DNA of 38,040 nucleotides from an uncultured bacterium (GTDB lineage Bacteria; Patescibacteriota; Minisyncoccia; UBA6257; 2-01-FULL-56-20): the NCBI GenBank assembly GCA_963725235.1, contig CAVRXN010000001.1, forward strand, positions 1-38,040, given 5' to 3'. The position numbers and the translations under genes are program-made. Under the pieces are notes generated by a model. That model was not told the DNA's origin. It ran no database searches and was given only the letters and a program-made list of their open reading frames with translations. Below, in pieces: positions 16,748 through 25,312 of the stretch. How positions within the stretch are numbered: position 1 is the stretch's first letter; every line of letters starts with the position of its first letter.

Positions 16748-19700
16748 AATTTACGTTCAAAGAGGGCGTTGTTCTTGCACTTGTGATTGCATCGTTCTTT
16801 TTGGTTCTCGGTAAGTACTTATTTCCATCGATAGCTAACTATCTGGTTATTCGAAAAACCGAGGCTGCGTTATCCGTAAAGTTGCAACCAGCGCAAAATT
16901 GTCCGAGCGATGAGGTTACTATTAAGTTAAGCGGTGGAGTTATTTGCAGGGATCAGGCTGCTTCTTCAACACTCCTAACAATATTTGATACTTATCAGCT
17001 CGATCCCAATGGGAAGGAGCAAATGTTCTCCTTTATAAAGACCGACGATGCCTCTCAGACGTTGATGATAGCGAATGATTACTTGAATAACGAATATTAT
17101 GTGGATCGGTATAATCCCGTGGCAATTACTAATTTAACGTGGGATGAGGATCCCTATAATCAGGAATATTGGCGCTTTATCTTTTATAGCTTACGTGACG
17201 AAGAGTATCTCCTTCAAGCGTGGCAAGAGACGGGCAATCCGGCATATGAGCAGAAATTCACGGAGATTCTACAAAGTTTTTTAACGACGGGGACAAACCA
17301 ACCGTTGGCATGGAGTGATCCGCATGCGGTTGCTTTTCGGACCATGGTTCTCGTGGATGCATGGTGGGAATTGCGGGAATATAATTCATTGCCTGTTGAA
17401 TTAAGCAACCAGATATTGCAATCGCTTGAACAAAACGGCCAGTATCTCGCTGACCCCAGTAATTATGAGCCAGCTTATAATCATGCCATCAATGAAGCGG
17501 GCGCCTTGTTTTTGCTTTCCGTTAATTTTCCGGACTTGCCAAACGCCAATCAATGGCAAACGATATCCGAAGATAGGTTGACGAGCAGCTTGGACACTGC
17601 CGTGGATAGCGATGGTGTTTTGCTCGAGAATTCATCGTATTACCATTTTTATGCTCTCGAAAAATATTGGGAGATTTTTCAATACGCAAAAGCGCAGGGC
17701 ATCATATTCGCTGCCGATGTTCAGGATAAACTTCAAAAAATGATAGCATATGCAACGTATGTTCTGCAGCCCGACGATCAAGTCCCGTTGTTAGGAGCTT
17801 CTATAGAAAGGAAGGTTAATTTTGCAGGCGTCGATAGAGATATCGCATTGGCGAATCCGAATTTCGAATATGTTTTGACGCAAGGAAAAAAAGGAACACA
17901 ACCGTCGCAATTAAGTGTTCATTATCAGACCGCCGGAGAGACCATTATGCGTTCGGGATGGGGAAGTGGCACCGATTTTGCAAATCAAACCCAATTGATT
18001 TTTAATGTTGGGCCATTTCGGACCAATCACAGCCAACTCGACGGACTCGCATTTAGCTTATACGGCCAAGGAATTGCCTTAATGCCGGGATCAGGATTAT
18101 ATACTTACGTTTCGAGTACGGCCAAAGATTATTTCTGGGGAACATCTTCCCATAATACGGTCGTTGTTGACGGAGGCAACCAAAGTGAAGGTAGTCCGAC
18201 TGAGGGAACATTTAAAGAGGGCGATGGATACACCTATGAAACTGGCGAATCCAATCTTTATAATGGCGTGACGCATGACCGTGCGATAGCCCTGCTCGGA
18301 CAAAACCTCGTTCTCGTCGTCGATAATTTGAAATCCTTGAATGCTCATACCTATGACCAAATGTTCCATCTTTTTCCGGGCGCGCAGATAGGGCAGAATG
18401 GTCTGGACATCACCGGCTACAGTGCAAGTAGCAGTAATGAGCAGATAACGATACATCAGCTTATTACAAATGGCGTAAACGTTAGCACGACCATCAATCA
18501 AATGAATCCGCTCGATGGCGTTTGCTCCGAACAATATGGAGTGCTCGTTCCGTGCTATTCTGTCGATTATCGACAGATAGGGGAAAATGCAGAATTCGTA
18601 ACGCTTTTGGAAATTGGTAAGCCAAATTCTGATCTAAAGGTGCAACTATCATCGGATGGCAGTCAGGTTAATATCTCCGAAGGCGGAGAAAGTTATAATG
18701 TCGCTATTGGAGATATTCCTCAGAACGAACAGCCCGTGAAGGTTTTAAATAACCAAACGATGACCCAGACGGGAGATGAGGCGATTTCTGAGTTCGCCGA
18801 TCCGAGTTCGTGGGAAAAAATAAGTCAGAGAATTAATAACGAAGGAACGATAGCATCGATAAACGCTTCCAGCGGTCCTATTCTGGCTCTAACAAGCCCC
18901 AGAAACGGATCTTGGGTCGAAGCAGTAAAAGAAATTCCGTTGAATCTGACAGATCAGAATATCAATCTTGAAATGAATATTCAGAATTTTTCAAACCTTA
19001 AAAACGCTGAACTGCTTTTGTCCACCAATGACTGGACGGGATCTGCAGCTATACGTTTGAATGATTTTTATTCTGAATCTAGTTCTAATCAGTGGACTGA
19101 TATTAGCCTTGGAAAAGGTCAATTAAGAGACGTAGGAGGAGAGTGGGTCATAAGTGGCACAGGTTTTGACTGGTCGAATATCGATCAAGTGGCATTTAAG
19201 ATCAACTCATCCCCAGGCGCTGCTTCAACTTTGCAAGTGAATGATTTTTCATTAATCCCTGGGCAATCGCAGGGAACGGTTGTCGTCGTCTTTGATAACG
19301 GTTATTCGTCGATTTTGCCAGCCGCAAAAATTATGCAGAACCTCGGACTTAAAGGTAACGTCGGCGCGATTAGTGGTTATCTCTCAAGGGATGCCGCCGG
19401 GCGTCTTAGTGTGTCAGATTTGCAGGATCTTCAGAATAACTATGGATGGGATGTAATCAATGAATCATGGTATCATTACGACCCTATCACCGAATATTAC
19501 GATACAAATAATCTGGCCGGTTTGAGTCAGGATATTTTGAAAGGGGCGGAGTATTTAACAGAGAATGGTATCAATACAGACCAGAATTGGTATATCTATC
19601 CCGACGGTGTTACGAATTCATCCATTGAAGCAGTGGTTGGTCAATATTATAAATTTGCCCGTACGACTTCTGCTGCTCCTGAAGTGTATCCTTTCGGAGA

Positions 19701-20055
19701 CCCCCTAGCGGTGAAAACATTTCCTACGATTTCCGATACTACTCCTCCCGAAACCGTAATAAAGGCGATTTACGATGCGCAAAAATATGGCCTCGCTTTA
19801 TTTTTAACTTTCCGCCAGATTCAGACCTCGCCCAGCGATCCTGCGGGATATCCACTGTCTAATTTTCAGGAAATTATGCAGTATATCGCGCAAAATAAAG
19901 TGAACGTAGAAACCTTTAGCGGGCTTGATGCATCAGATGGAATTAGCCAAAATACTTTAGTATTAGCTGAGCATCAACCAGAGCAAATAGGCTTGCAAGT
20001 AACCCCAAAAAGCACTATTTTTGAACGATTGCTGGCTTTTGCTGGAATCTTTTAA
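16732..20055 (+). CDS. membrane-anchored polysaccharide lyase (heparinase II/III-like toroid + beta-sandwich) + CBM-like domain + degenerate NodB (CE4)-like domain
   Basis: Track ORF trimmed to ATG 16732 (MAPRIKF.. then one TM). Lyase signatures are YNHAINEAGAL, NSSYYHFYALE and NHSQLDGLAFSLYGQGIALMPGSGLYTY..GTSSHNTVVVDGGNQ (Hepar_II_III pattern). The C-terminal part, VVVVFDNGYSS..LQDLQNNYGWDVINESWYH.., aligns with the NodB-like domain of the next gene. Confidence 0.8.
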   Translation: MAPRIKFTFKEGVVLALVIASFFLVLGKYLFPSIANYLVIRKTEAALSVKLQPAQNCPSDEVTIKLSGGVICRDQAASSTLLTIFDTYQLDPNGKEQMFSFIKTDDASQTLMIANDYLNNEYYVDRYNPVAITNLTWDEDPYNQEYWRFIFYSLRDEEYLLQAWQETGNPAYEQKFTEILQSFLTTGTNQPLAWSDPHAVAFRTMVLVDAWWELREYNSLPVELSNQILQSLEQNGQYLADPSNYEPAYNHAINEAGALFLLSVNFPDLPNANQWQTISEDRLTSSLDTAVDSDGVLLENSSYYHFYALEKYWEIFQYAKAQGIIFAADVQDKLQKMIAYATYVLQPDDQVPLLGASIERKVNFAGVDRDIALANPNFEYVLTQGKKGTQPSQLSVHYQTAGETIMRSGWGSGTDFANQTQLIFNVGPFRTNHSQLDGLAFSLYGQGIALMPGSGLYTYVSSTAKDYFWGTSSHNTVVVDGGNQSEGSPTEGTFKEGDGYTYETGESNLYNGVTHDRAIALLGQNLVLVVDNLKSLNAHTYDQMFHLFPGAQIGQNGLDITGYSASSSNEQITIHQLITNGVNVSTTINQMNPLDGVCSEQYGVLVPCYSVDYRQIGENAEFVTLLEIGKPNSDLKVQLSSDGSQVNISEGGESYNVAIGDIPQNEQPVKVLNNQTMTQTGDEAISEFADPSSWEKISQRINNEGTIASINASSGPILALTSPRNGSWVEAVKEIPLNLTDQNINLEMNIQNFSNLKNAELLLSTNDWTGSAAIRLNDFYSESSSNQWTDISLGKGQLRDVGGEWVISGTGFDWSNIDQVAFKINSSPGAASTLQVNDFSLIPGQSQGTVVVVFDNGYSSILPAAKIMQNLGLKGNVGAISGYLSRDAAGRLSVSDLQDLQNNYGWDVINESWYHYDPITEYYDTNNLAGLSQDILKGAEYLTENGINTDQNWYIYPDGVTNSSIEAVVGQYYKFARTTSAAPEVYPFGDPLAVKTFPTISDTTPPETVIKAIYDAQKYGLALFLTFRQIQTSPSDPAGYPLSNFQEIMQYIAQNKVNVETFSGLDASDGISQNTLVLAEHQPEQIGLQVTPKSTIFERLLAFAGIF

Positions 20056-20063
20056 TACATCCA

Positions 20064-22283
20064 ATGGATAAGATACGAAAACATTTCTTAGCAGTTATCT
20101 TCGCTACAACTAGCATTGTGTTGTTAGTTATTTTTGCTGCAGGGGCTTTATATATAAAGAACTATGAGGAAAACTTTTCACAAGGTAATGCGCCTTCTGC
20201 TGGATGGAATATGCTCGCCGATGTTGCATCAATATTTGTTCAGCCACAAACAACAGTCACCGGCAGTACGACTGCTGTTGCAAGTAATCCTGGTATCTTC
20301 GCCGACCTGTTTTTGCCGTCGTCGAATAATGTCATTTCTGCGATGCTTAAAAAAATGAACCTATCTTCCTTGTTTGCACAGAATTCATCCACCGCTTCCT
20401 CATCTGGTTATTCCTCGCCGATATTGACAGGACCACTCCCAGCGCCTTCTGCAACCTCAATACAAAATCTCGGTTCTCAATCGGTCTTCTCGAATTGGAT
20501 TGTGGGACCTTATTCAACTTCAACTCTTGTCGCCGATACTTCCTTATATACCGAAGGGGATCAATCGTTGTCGTTAACGACCGATGGCATGGGCGATCCT
20601 GCGGATGCGAGAGTCGTCAATCAGGGATCCTATAATCTTACGGATAAATATCTCGAAATTTGGATGCGCGTGAGTACGACGACAAATATTGATGATTTGT
20701 GGTTTTTGGCGAGTTCAGATAATTTGCACGCTAATTATTACACATGGAGGCTTAACAGGCAGATAGTGAGCAGTCCTGACGAATCGGAGATTCAGCCCGG
20801 CGAATGGGTGCCGATCGTGCTCACGTTTGATTCTGATGACTTGAACATGGTTGCGACGGGCGAACCTAATATAACGGCCTTGAATTCTTTCGAGCTGCAC
20901 ATAAGCGACAGGGGACAAGGACCACTTACGGTATGGCTTGGGGGTATTTCGGCGGTCGCCGAACCATCGCAGGGTGCACTCACTATCGTCCTTGATAATG
21001 GTTGGAATTCGGAATATACACTCGCCATGCCTACATTGACGAAATATGGATTTCCGGCGGTTATTGCGGAAATTCCGGAAACGGCGAATGATCCAGCATT
21101 TATGACCACCCAACAGCTTCAAGATCTGCAGAATAACTTAGGGTGGGATATCGCATGCCACACATGGGATCACGTTTATCAGCTCGGATTATCGAGTGCG
21201 ACGATACCAATCATGGATAGCGAATTTACACAGTGCAAAAACTGGCTTACGCAAAATGGATTAGCTAAAGCAGGGAACATTCTTGTGTGGCCTGACGGCA
21301 GCAATTCACCTGCGGCGATAGCAGAGGCAAGCAAATATTTCGTTGCAGCGCGTGGCATTATTGGTACCATATTCAATACGCTTCCAGTTGCAAATCCGAT
21401 GCTTCTTTACGCCACGGAATTCGGTGGTTCGACTCCGACCTCGACCTTGGATGCCGACGTTGATCGCTGCATGGCAAACCACGAATGGTGCATATTTTAC
21501 GGACATATCATTACGACTTCAACTCCGGAAAATCAAAATCAGTATTCGAGTGCGAGCTTCAACGACTTCGTCGCGCATATCGCGCAGGTCGGCATACCTG
21601 TAAAAACCATTACCCAAGTCCTTGGAAATGAGCCGCAGCTGCCTGCGCCATCGGAGGCATCCCTGCAGTCGCCACCCGGTGCGCCGAGTATCATTACGTC
21701 GAGCGTCCCGACGTCAACACTCACCTTGCCACTTCCATACAGCGAAAGTAATTTTACGAACGATCCGAATTGGCAAAATAATTGGGGAACGATGACTATT
21801 GACTCATCTGGCGTTATGGATCTGGGAGCGAACGCCTCGACTACCGGCGGATCTATAGTTCTTCAGAATTCAGAAGGCTGGACTGATTATAAATTCAACA
21901 TGACGTTTGATTGGATTAAGGGGCAAGCCGTGAATCTCAATGCTCGGTATACCGATGATAACGACTATGCGACGTGCGAGTTCAGCGCTTCAACTCCGGG
22001 TAGTGTGAATATCGAACTTGAACAATACATGAATGGCGTTCGTTATAATCTTACGATTGGGAGTATCTCCAATGACAACGGAATCGGTGATACAAATATA
22101 GACGCGTACATCAAAGTGCAGGGGACAACGGAAACTTGTTCATTCAATAATCATGTCGTATCGAGTGCCGGTTATACTTTGAACCCTCCATTCAGGGGTG
22201 GCATCGGCTTCTCAACCTGGGATCCGACGATCAACAACAGCCAGATTGTTGTTAAGAGCGTTGCGGCGAGCGAAAATTATTGA
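20064..22283 (+). CDS. membrane-anchored Ser/Thr-rich stalk + CBM-like + NodB (CE4)-like deacetylase domain + ConA/LamG-like C-terminal domain
   Basis: N-terminal TM helix. NodB-like blocks are TIVLDNGWNS, LQDLQNNLGWDIACHTWDH (HxxxH), VWPDGS and IFYGHI. The C-terminal domain (LPYSESNF..WTDYKFNMTFDWIKG..GGIGFSTWDPTINNSQIVVKS) is paralogous to the C-terminus of the 9454 gene. Confidence 0.75.
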   Translation: MDKIRKHFLAVIFATTSIVLLVIFAAGALYIKNYEENFSQGNAPSAGWNMLADVASIFVQPQTTVTGSTTAVASNPGIFADLFLPSSNNVISAMLKKMNLSSLFAQNSSTASSSGYSSPILTGPLPAPSATSIQNLGSQSVFSNWIVGPYSTSTLVADTSLYTEGDQSLSLTTDGMGDPADARVVNQGSYNLTDKYLEIWMRVSTTTNIDDLWFLASSDNLHANYYTWRLNRQIVSSPDESEIQPGEWVPIVLTFDSDDLNMVATGEPNITALNSFELHISDRGQGPLTVWLGGISAVAEPSQGALTIVLDNGWNSEYTLAMPTLTKYGFPAVIAEIPETANDPAFMTTQQLQDLQNNLGWDIACHTWDHVYQLGLSSATIPIMDSEFTQCKNWLTQNGLAKAGNILVWPDGSNSPAAIAEASKYFVAARGIIGTIFNTLPVANPMLLYATEFGGSTPTSTLDADVDRCMANHEWCIFYGHIITTSTPENQNQYSSASFNDFVAHIAQVGIPVKTITQVLGNEPQLPAPSEASLQSPPGAPSIITSSVPTSTLTLPLPYSESNFTNDPNWQNNWGTMTIDSSGVMDLGANASTTGGSIVLQNSEGWTDYKFNMTFDWIKGQAVNLNARYTDDNDYATCEFSASTPGSVNIELEQYMNGVRYNLTIGSISNDNGIGDTNIDAYIKVQGTTETCSFNNHVVSSAGYTLNPPFRGGIGFSTWDPTINNSQIVVKSVAASENY

Positions 22284-22340
22284 TGAGGCCAGCATCCTCA
22301 TACGTCATGTTAATAGCCGATTTTGTAATATAATTAGGGG

Positions 22341-22964
22341 ATGCTGGATCCAACAAATTTCCTTGGGATGGGGACAAAGGTTAGGCGATACTTCAAGAGG
22401 AGGTATTCAAAAAATCTTGTGAGTCCAGAAGGAAATGGGGCGAAAATTTTTGATTTTTGTTTCGATATTGTTGTAATCGGCGTACTTTTGATTGTATTAT
22501 GGCGCACTATATTTCCTACATCGCTCTCAACCAAAATAAGCATAACTATGCCGTCCTCAATACCATCTATTGTTACGACAACTTCTCAAACAATGGCTAG
22601 TTCTCCCTGCTCTACCCAAATTGCAGGAAGTAATAGCGGAAATATATACCCATGCTCGCCCATAACTCAATACATAGGTGAACCAGAAAGCATTATCGTT
22701 TGGAACACTCTTGGAAACGAAAATGTTCCCAGTGGGACGCTATATATGCAAGATTATCAAGTTGAGATTGCCAATTACAATCCAAATGAAGCAATAATTC
22801 CAGAAGTTGCAAACGCCAATATCATTGGAACACCAACGAATAGTACGGATACTGAAAGCGGAACATATTACCCTACGGGTCAAGCATTTACTAGCCGTGA
22901 TTTATTATTTTATACCGATAAGTCAGTTACCTATAATGATATAAATTTCATACTCAAACCATGA
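22341..22964 (+). CDS. membrane-anchored secreted protein with Ser/Thr-rich stalk, unknown function
   Basis: Track ORF with the TM helix IFDFCFDIVVIGVLLIVLW, then SLSTKISITMPSSIPSIVTTTSQTMASSP. No family recognised. The start codon is uncertain. Confidence 0.5.
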   Translation: MLDPTNFLGMGTKVRRYFKRRYSKNLVSPEGNGAKIFDFCFDIVVIGVLLIVLWRTIFPTSLSTKISITMPSSIPSIVTTTSQTMASSPCSTQIAGSNSGNIYPCSPITQYIGEPESIIVWNTLGNENVPSGTLYMQDYQVEIANYNPNEAIIPEVANANIIGTPTNSTDTESGTYYPTGQAFTSRDLLFYTDKSVTYNDINFILKP

Positions 22965-23059
22965 ACAACAACGATAACTTCCACAAACTTCTCGGTGCGG
23001 TTATATCCTCACCATCATTATCGCAAGTATCAAAGGCGCAAGATTCTGGTAGAAAAACT

Positions 23060-24079
23060 TTATTGATACGTGCAGGTAGATTCGCAGCTTCCGATTGGCG
23101 GCATGAGACCGGTCATTGATCGATAATGATCGTCAATCTGGGTCTGACTGAGAAGATAGTTGTAGATGGCCACCTTACCAATTCCACCTTTGAACCAAGT
23201 ATCGAGCGCCATCGTACCGATATTGAGAGGGCTGTCTCCTTTTTGAGGGATGATTTTGTACTGGCTCATACAGCCGGTTGGATTGTGATGTATTTGACTC
23301 CATTCAACGCCATTCACCCAAATGTTTATTGAACCAGGATAGGCCTCGGCGTTTGCGCAGTCGGAAGGTTGGGTTTGGGTTGTATATTCACCCACAACAT
23401 AAATCCACTGGCCTGCTTTTATTAAGCCGCTTGCCGGTTGCCAATCCGCAGCAGAACCCAACTCCGCCGTAGGATTGAATACATATGCGGATATTCGGTC
23501 GCTTCGACCAGCTTGTTCGGTAGTCAAGTCATACATACGTCCTTCCCATTCGCAACTTGGATTATAGGTATCGCATTTGCCCATGAAGTCCACATAGCTA
23601 CTATGGCTTCCATTTGGAAATTGGAGCGTATCCGGGCGTATCCACGCTTCCCAGGTTAGGTTGCCGGTGGTCGGAATAGAGAAGGAGGGGCTTGATGAGA
23701 CAGTGAGATATTGTGAGATACCGTCGAAGTCGGCAGCTATGTTGCCATTTGGCATCGTGTCCGTTGTTGGCAGCCCGTTCTCATACGTTCCCGTGTTTCC
23801 ATTGCCACTAATGTCCATTTCGTCGCTGCTTTTGGGATTAACATTCCAGAAGGCAACTGGGTGATCCGCAAGGACGATTTGGTCATAGGATCTAGTAGCC
23901 AATATGTTCGATGGCGTCGTAGTGGCACGCGATGGCGTGGATGTAGTAAGAACTACGATTTGAACTTGTTGGGGATTTTCATGCGACGTGCGGTTTAAAT
24001 AAAGCGCCGCGACGCCGATGGCGATCAGTATGAGTACACAAACTATTAAAACTATGGATTGAACCTTTTGCTTTCTCAC
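23060..24079 (-). CDS. membrane-anchored LamG / concanavalin-A-like lectin domain protein (Laminin_G_3-like)
   Basis: GTG start, TM helix IVLIVCVLILIAIGVAALY, and a Thr-rich stalk. It then reads VLADHPVAFW..DISGNGNTGTY..FDG..QYLTV..NLTWEAWIRP..WIYVVGEY..IWVNGV..FKGGIGKVAIYNYLLSQTQIDDHY, the typical LamG_3 layout. Confidence 0.75.
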   Translation of the reverse strand: MRKQKVQSIVLIVCVLILIAIGVAALYLNRTSHENPQQVQIVVLTTSTPSRATTTPSNILATRSYDQIVLADHPVAFWNVNPKSSDEMDISGNGNTGTYENGLPTTDTMPNGNIAADFDGISQYLTVSSSPSFSIPTTGNLTWEAWIRPDTLQFPNGSHSSYVDFMGKCDTYNPSCEWEGRMYDLTTEQAGRSDRISAYVFNPTAELGSAADWQPASGLIKAGQWIYVVGEYTTQTQPSDCANAEAYPGSINIWVNGVEWSQIHHNPTGCMSQYKIIPQKGDSPLNIGTMALDTWFKGGIGKVAIYNYLLSQTQIDDHYRSMTGLMPPIGSCESTCTYQ

Positions 24080-24244
24080 GGCATTTGTTGGATTGAGACT
24101 TCGGAAGGAAGCGGATTATTCTCCATTCTTCGGGTAACGACCATGTTACCACATTATTAATCATTTTTCAATCTATCGGAAATGATCACCACCGCGGCGA
24201 TATGGAGATGCTCACGGAGCAGGTAAGGGACTTTCTTTTATGAG

Positions 24245-24745
24245 TGGAAAAACAAAAATCCCCGCCATGCGAGGATCTTTGCGGGAGTAGCGAACGGGAG
24301 GAAAATCCTCTTGCGCCCTCCAGCCCTCAACGTACTCTCGTAATGCTCGGCTGAACTCTTGGTGGACCCGTAAGCCAGCGATTGCTTTTCACCGCTACCC
24401 TCTGTCCTTGCGGACAAATCCACCGCACGAAGGCGGATGACGGCCTTAATTCACAAAAGTTGTCGTCGGTAAAATACCGGCGAACACCAATTCCCACTAC
24501 TCCGATATAGTTATAGCAAATTCCGCTTCACGACGCCATTCGCGTTATGGATACTTTGACGCCATAAGCGAAGCGGTTTACGCTCTCACTACGTCCATGT
24601 GGGACGCTTCCTCGCGAAAGTATTTTCATAAAAGTGTCGGCCTTGACGGAGTGGAGGTTCTTGAGCTGACATATGGGAAAACAAGTAAAGTTATCGCTTT
24701 GGCGCTGAAAAGCAATGACACGTACGTCCCCAGTGGGCGAAGCGC
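24245..24745 (-). ncRNA. candidate structured non-coding RNA or long leader (class unknown)
   Basis: No credible ORF between the MOSC terminator and the LamG gene. On the minus strand there is a three-way junction GGUGGA..UGUCC[GCAA]GGACA..AGCG[..]CGCU..UCCACC (plus coordinates 24361-24424). Nested inverted repeats are CCGCTTC/GAAGCGG (24523-24529 / 24570-24576) and TTATGG/CCATAA. There is a hairpin GAGGA[UUUU]CCUC, and the region ends with CCCGC..GCGGGGAUUUUUGUUUUU (plus coordinates about 24245-24285). Confidence 0.3.
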
Positions 24746-24750
24746 TAGAC

Positions 24751-24782
24751 AAAAAAGGCCCGGATCGCTTTCGCGTTTCGGG
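24751..24782 (-). terminator. rho-independent terminator after the MOSC gene
   Basis: Minus-strand hairpin CCCGAAACGC[GAAA]GCGAUCCGGG (9 of 10 pairs), followed by CCUUUUUU. Confidence 0.6.
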
Positions 24783-24817
24783 TCGTGGCTTTTAAAGTAT
24801 CGAGCCATTAATTCTCC

Positions 24818-25312
24818 TTAGTAATCCTTTGAGGGTGGAATAACGATATCACCCTCGCAAATGGTTCCACCTTCAATAACTTCAAGGATGATACCCCCAC
24901 GATCGAAGAATGCTTCCTTGAAGACTCGTTTCTTGCCAAGCAGCTTGCTCGGTTGCGGACATGGATCACAGTATTTCACGCCTTGTAGCCGTGCGGCGCC
25001 CACTTGGAGTTCGCGTCCGAAGGCGATCCAGTTGAGTTCCACGCCTTCGATAACGAGGTTGCGCCTAGTTTCGTCGTACTCGAATCCGCTGTTGGGAAAG
25101 AATATGGAATTGATGGCCGTCACTTGACGTTTCATCCGTCCGTCTTCTTCTCGCCCTCGCGGTCCCTGATTGAAGCTGCCAACACCCTCTGCGTATCGGT
25201 CTCCTTCGAGGCCCTGCCCTGCGATCGCAAGCACCTCTTTTACCCGTTGCATTGGCGCGCCCGCAGTCGGCGCGATGCAAATTGCGACAACTCTCCCGTT
25301 TGTACTCGGCAT
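24818..25312 (-). CDS. MOSC domain protein
   Basis: GRVVAICIAPTAGAPMQRV..GQGLEGDRYAEG..RQVTAI..RRNLVIEGVELN..GAARLQGVKYCDPC..GGIILEVIEGGTICEGD is the typical MOSC beta-barrel pattern with the conserved Cys. Confidence 0.85.
   Translation of the reverse strand: MPSTNGRVVAICIAPTAGAPMQRVKEVLAIAGQGLEGDRYAEGVGSFNQGPRGREEDGRMKRQVTAINSIFFPNSGFEYDETRRNLVIEGVELNWIAFGRELQVGAARLQGVKYCDPCPQPSKLLGKKRVFKEAFFDRGGIILEVIEGGTICEGDIVIPPSKDY

Noticed and set aside
22281-22310. UGAUGAGG..CCUCAU hairpin resembling a hammerhead stem II / CUGAUGA box
   Set aside because: No GAAA box or cleavage-site helix follows the stem. It is just a 6-bp hairpin after the stop codon of the 20064 gene.
24225-24245. GAAAGUCC string on the minus strand, reminiscent of RNase P RNA conserved region CR-I
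   Set aside because: None of the other universally conserved RNase P blocks is present nearby (for example the ACAGAA.CCGGCUUA-type CR-V or the GGUAAGAGCGCACC-like P10-12 strings).
24362-24735. Possible tmRNA on the minus strand. A GGGGACG.. 5' end and a ..GGGUCCACCA 3' end lie about 370 nt apart, with a G3-U pair possible.
   Set aside because: The acceptor pairing is only 5 of 7. There is no T-arm (GGUUCGAAUCC-like loop) before the 3' strand, and I found no plausible tag-peptide reading frame ending in an Ala-Ala stop. UCCACC is better explained as one arm of the local P1 helix.
24626-24808. 60-aa minus-strand ORF with a strong AAGGAG 5 nt upstream, right after the MOSC stop
   Set aside because: Codons 8-17 are the MOSC terminator hairpin and its U-tract, so the mRNA should end inside the ORF. 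The rest has no protein-like features. A small hydrophobic peptide is kept only as a remote possibility.
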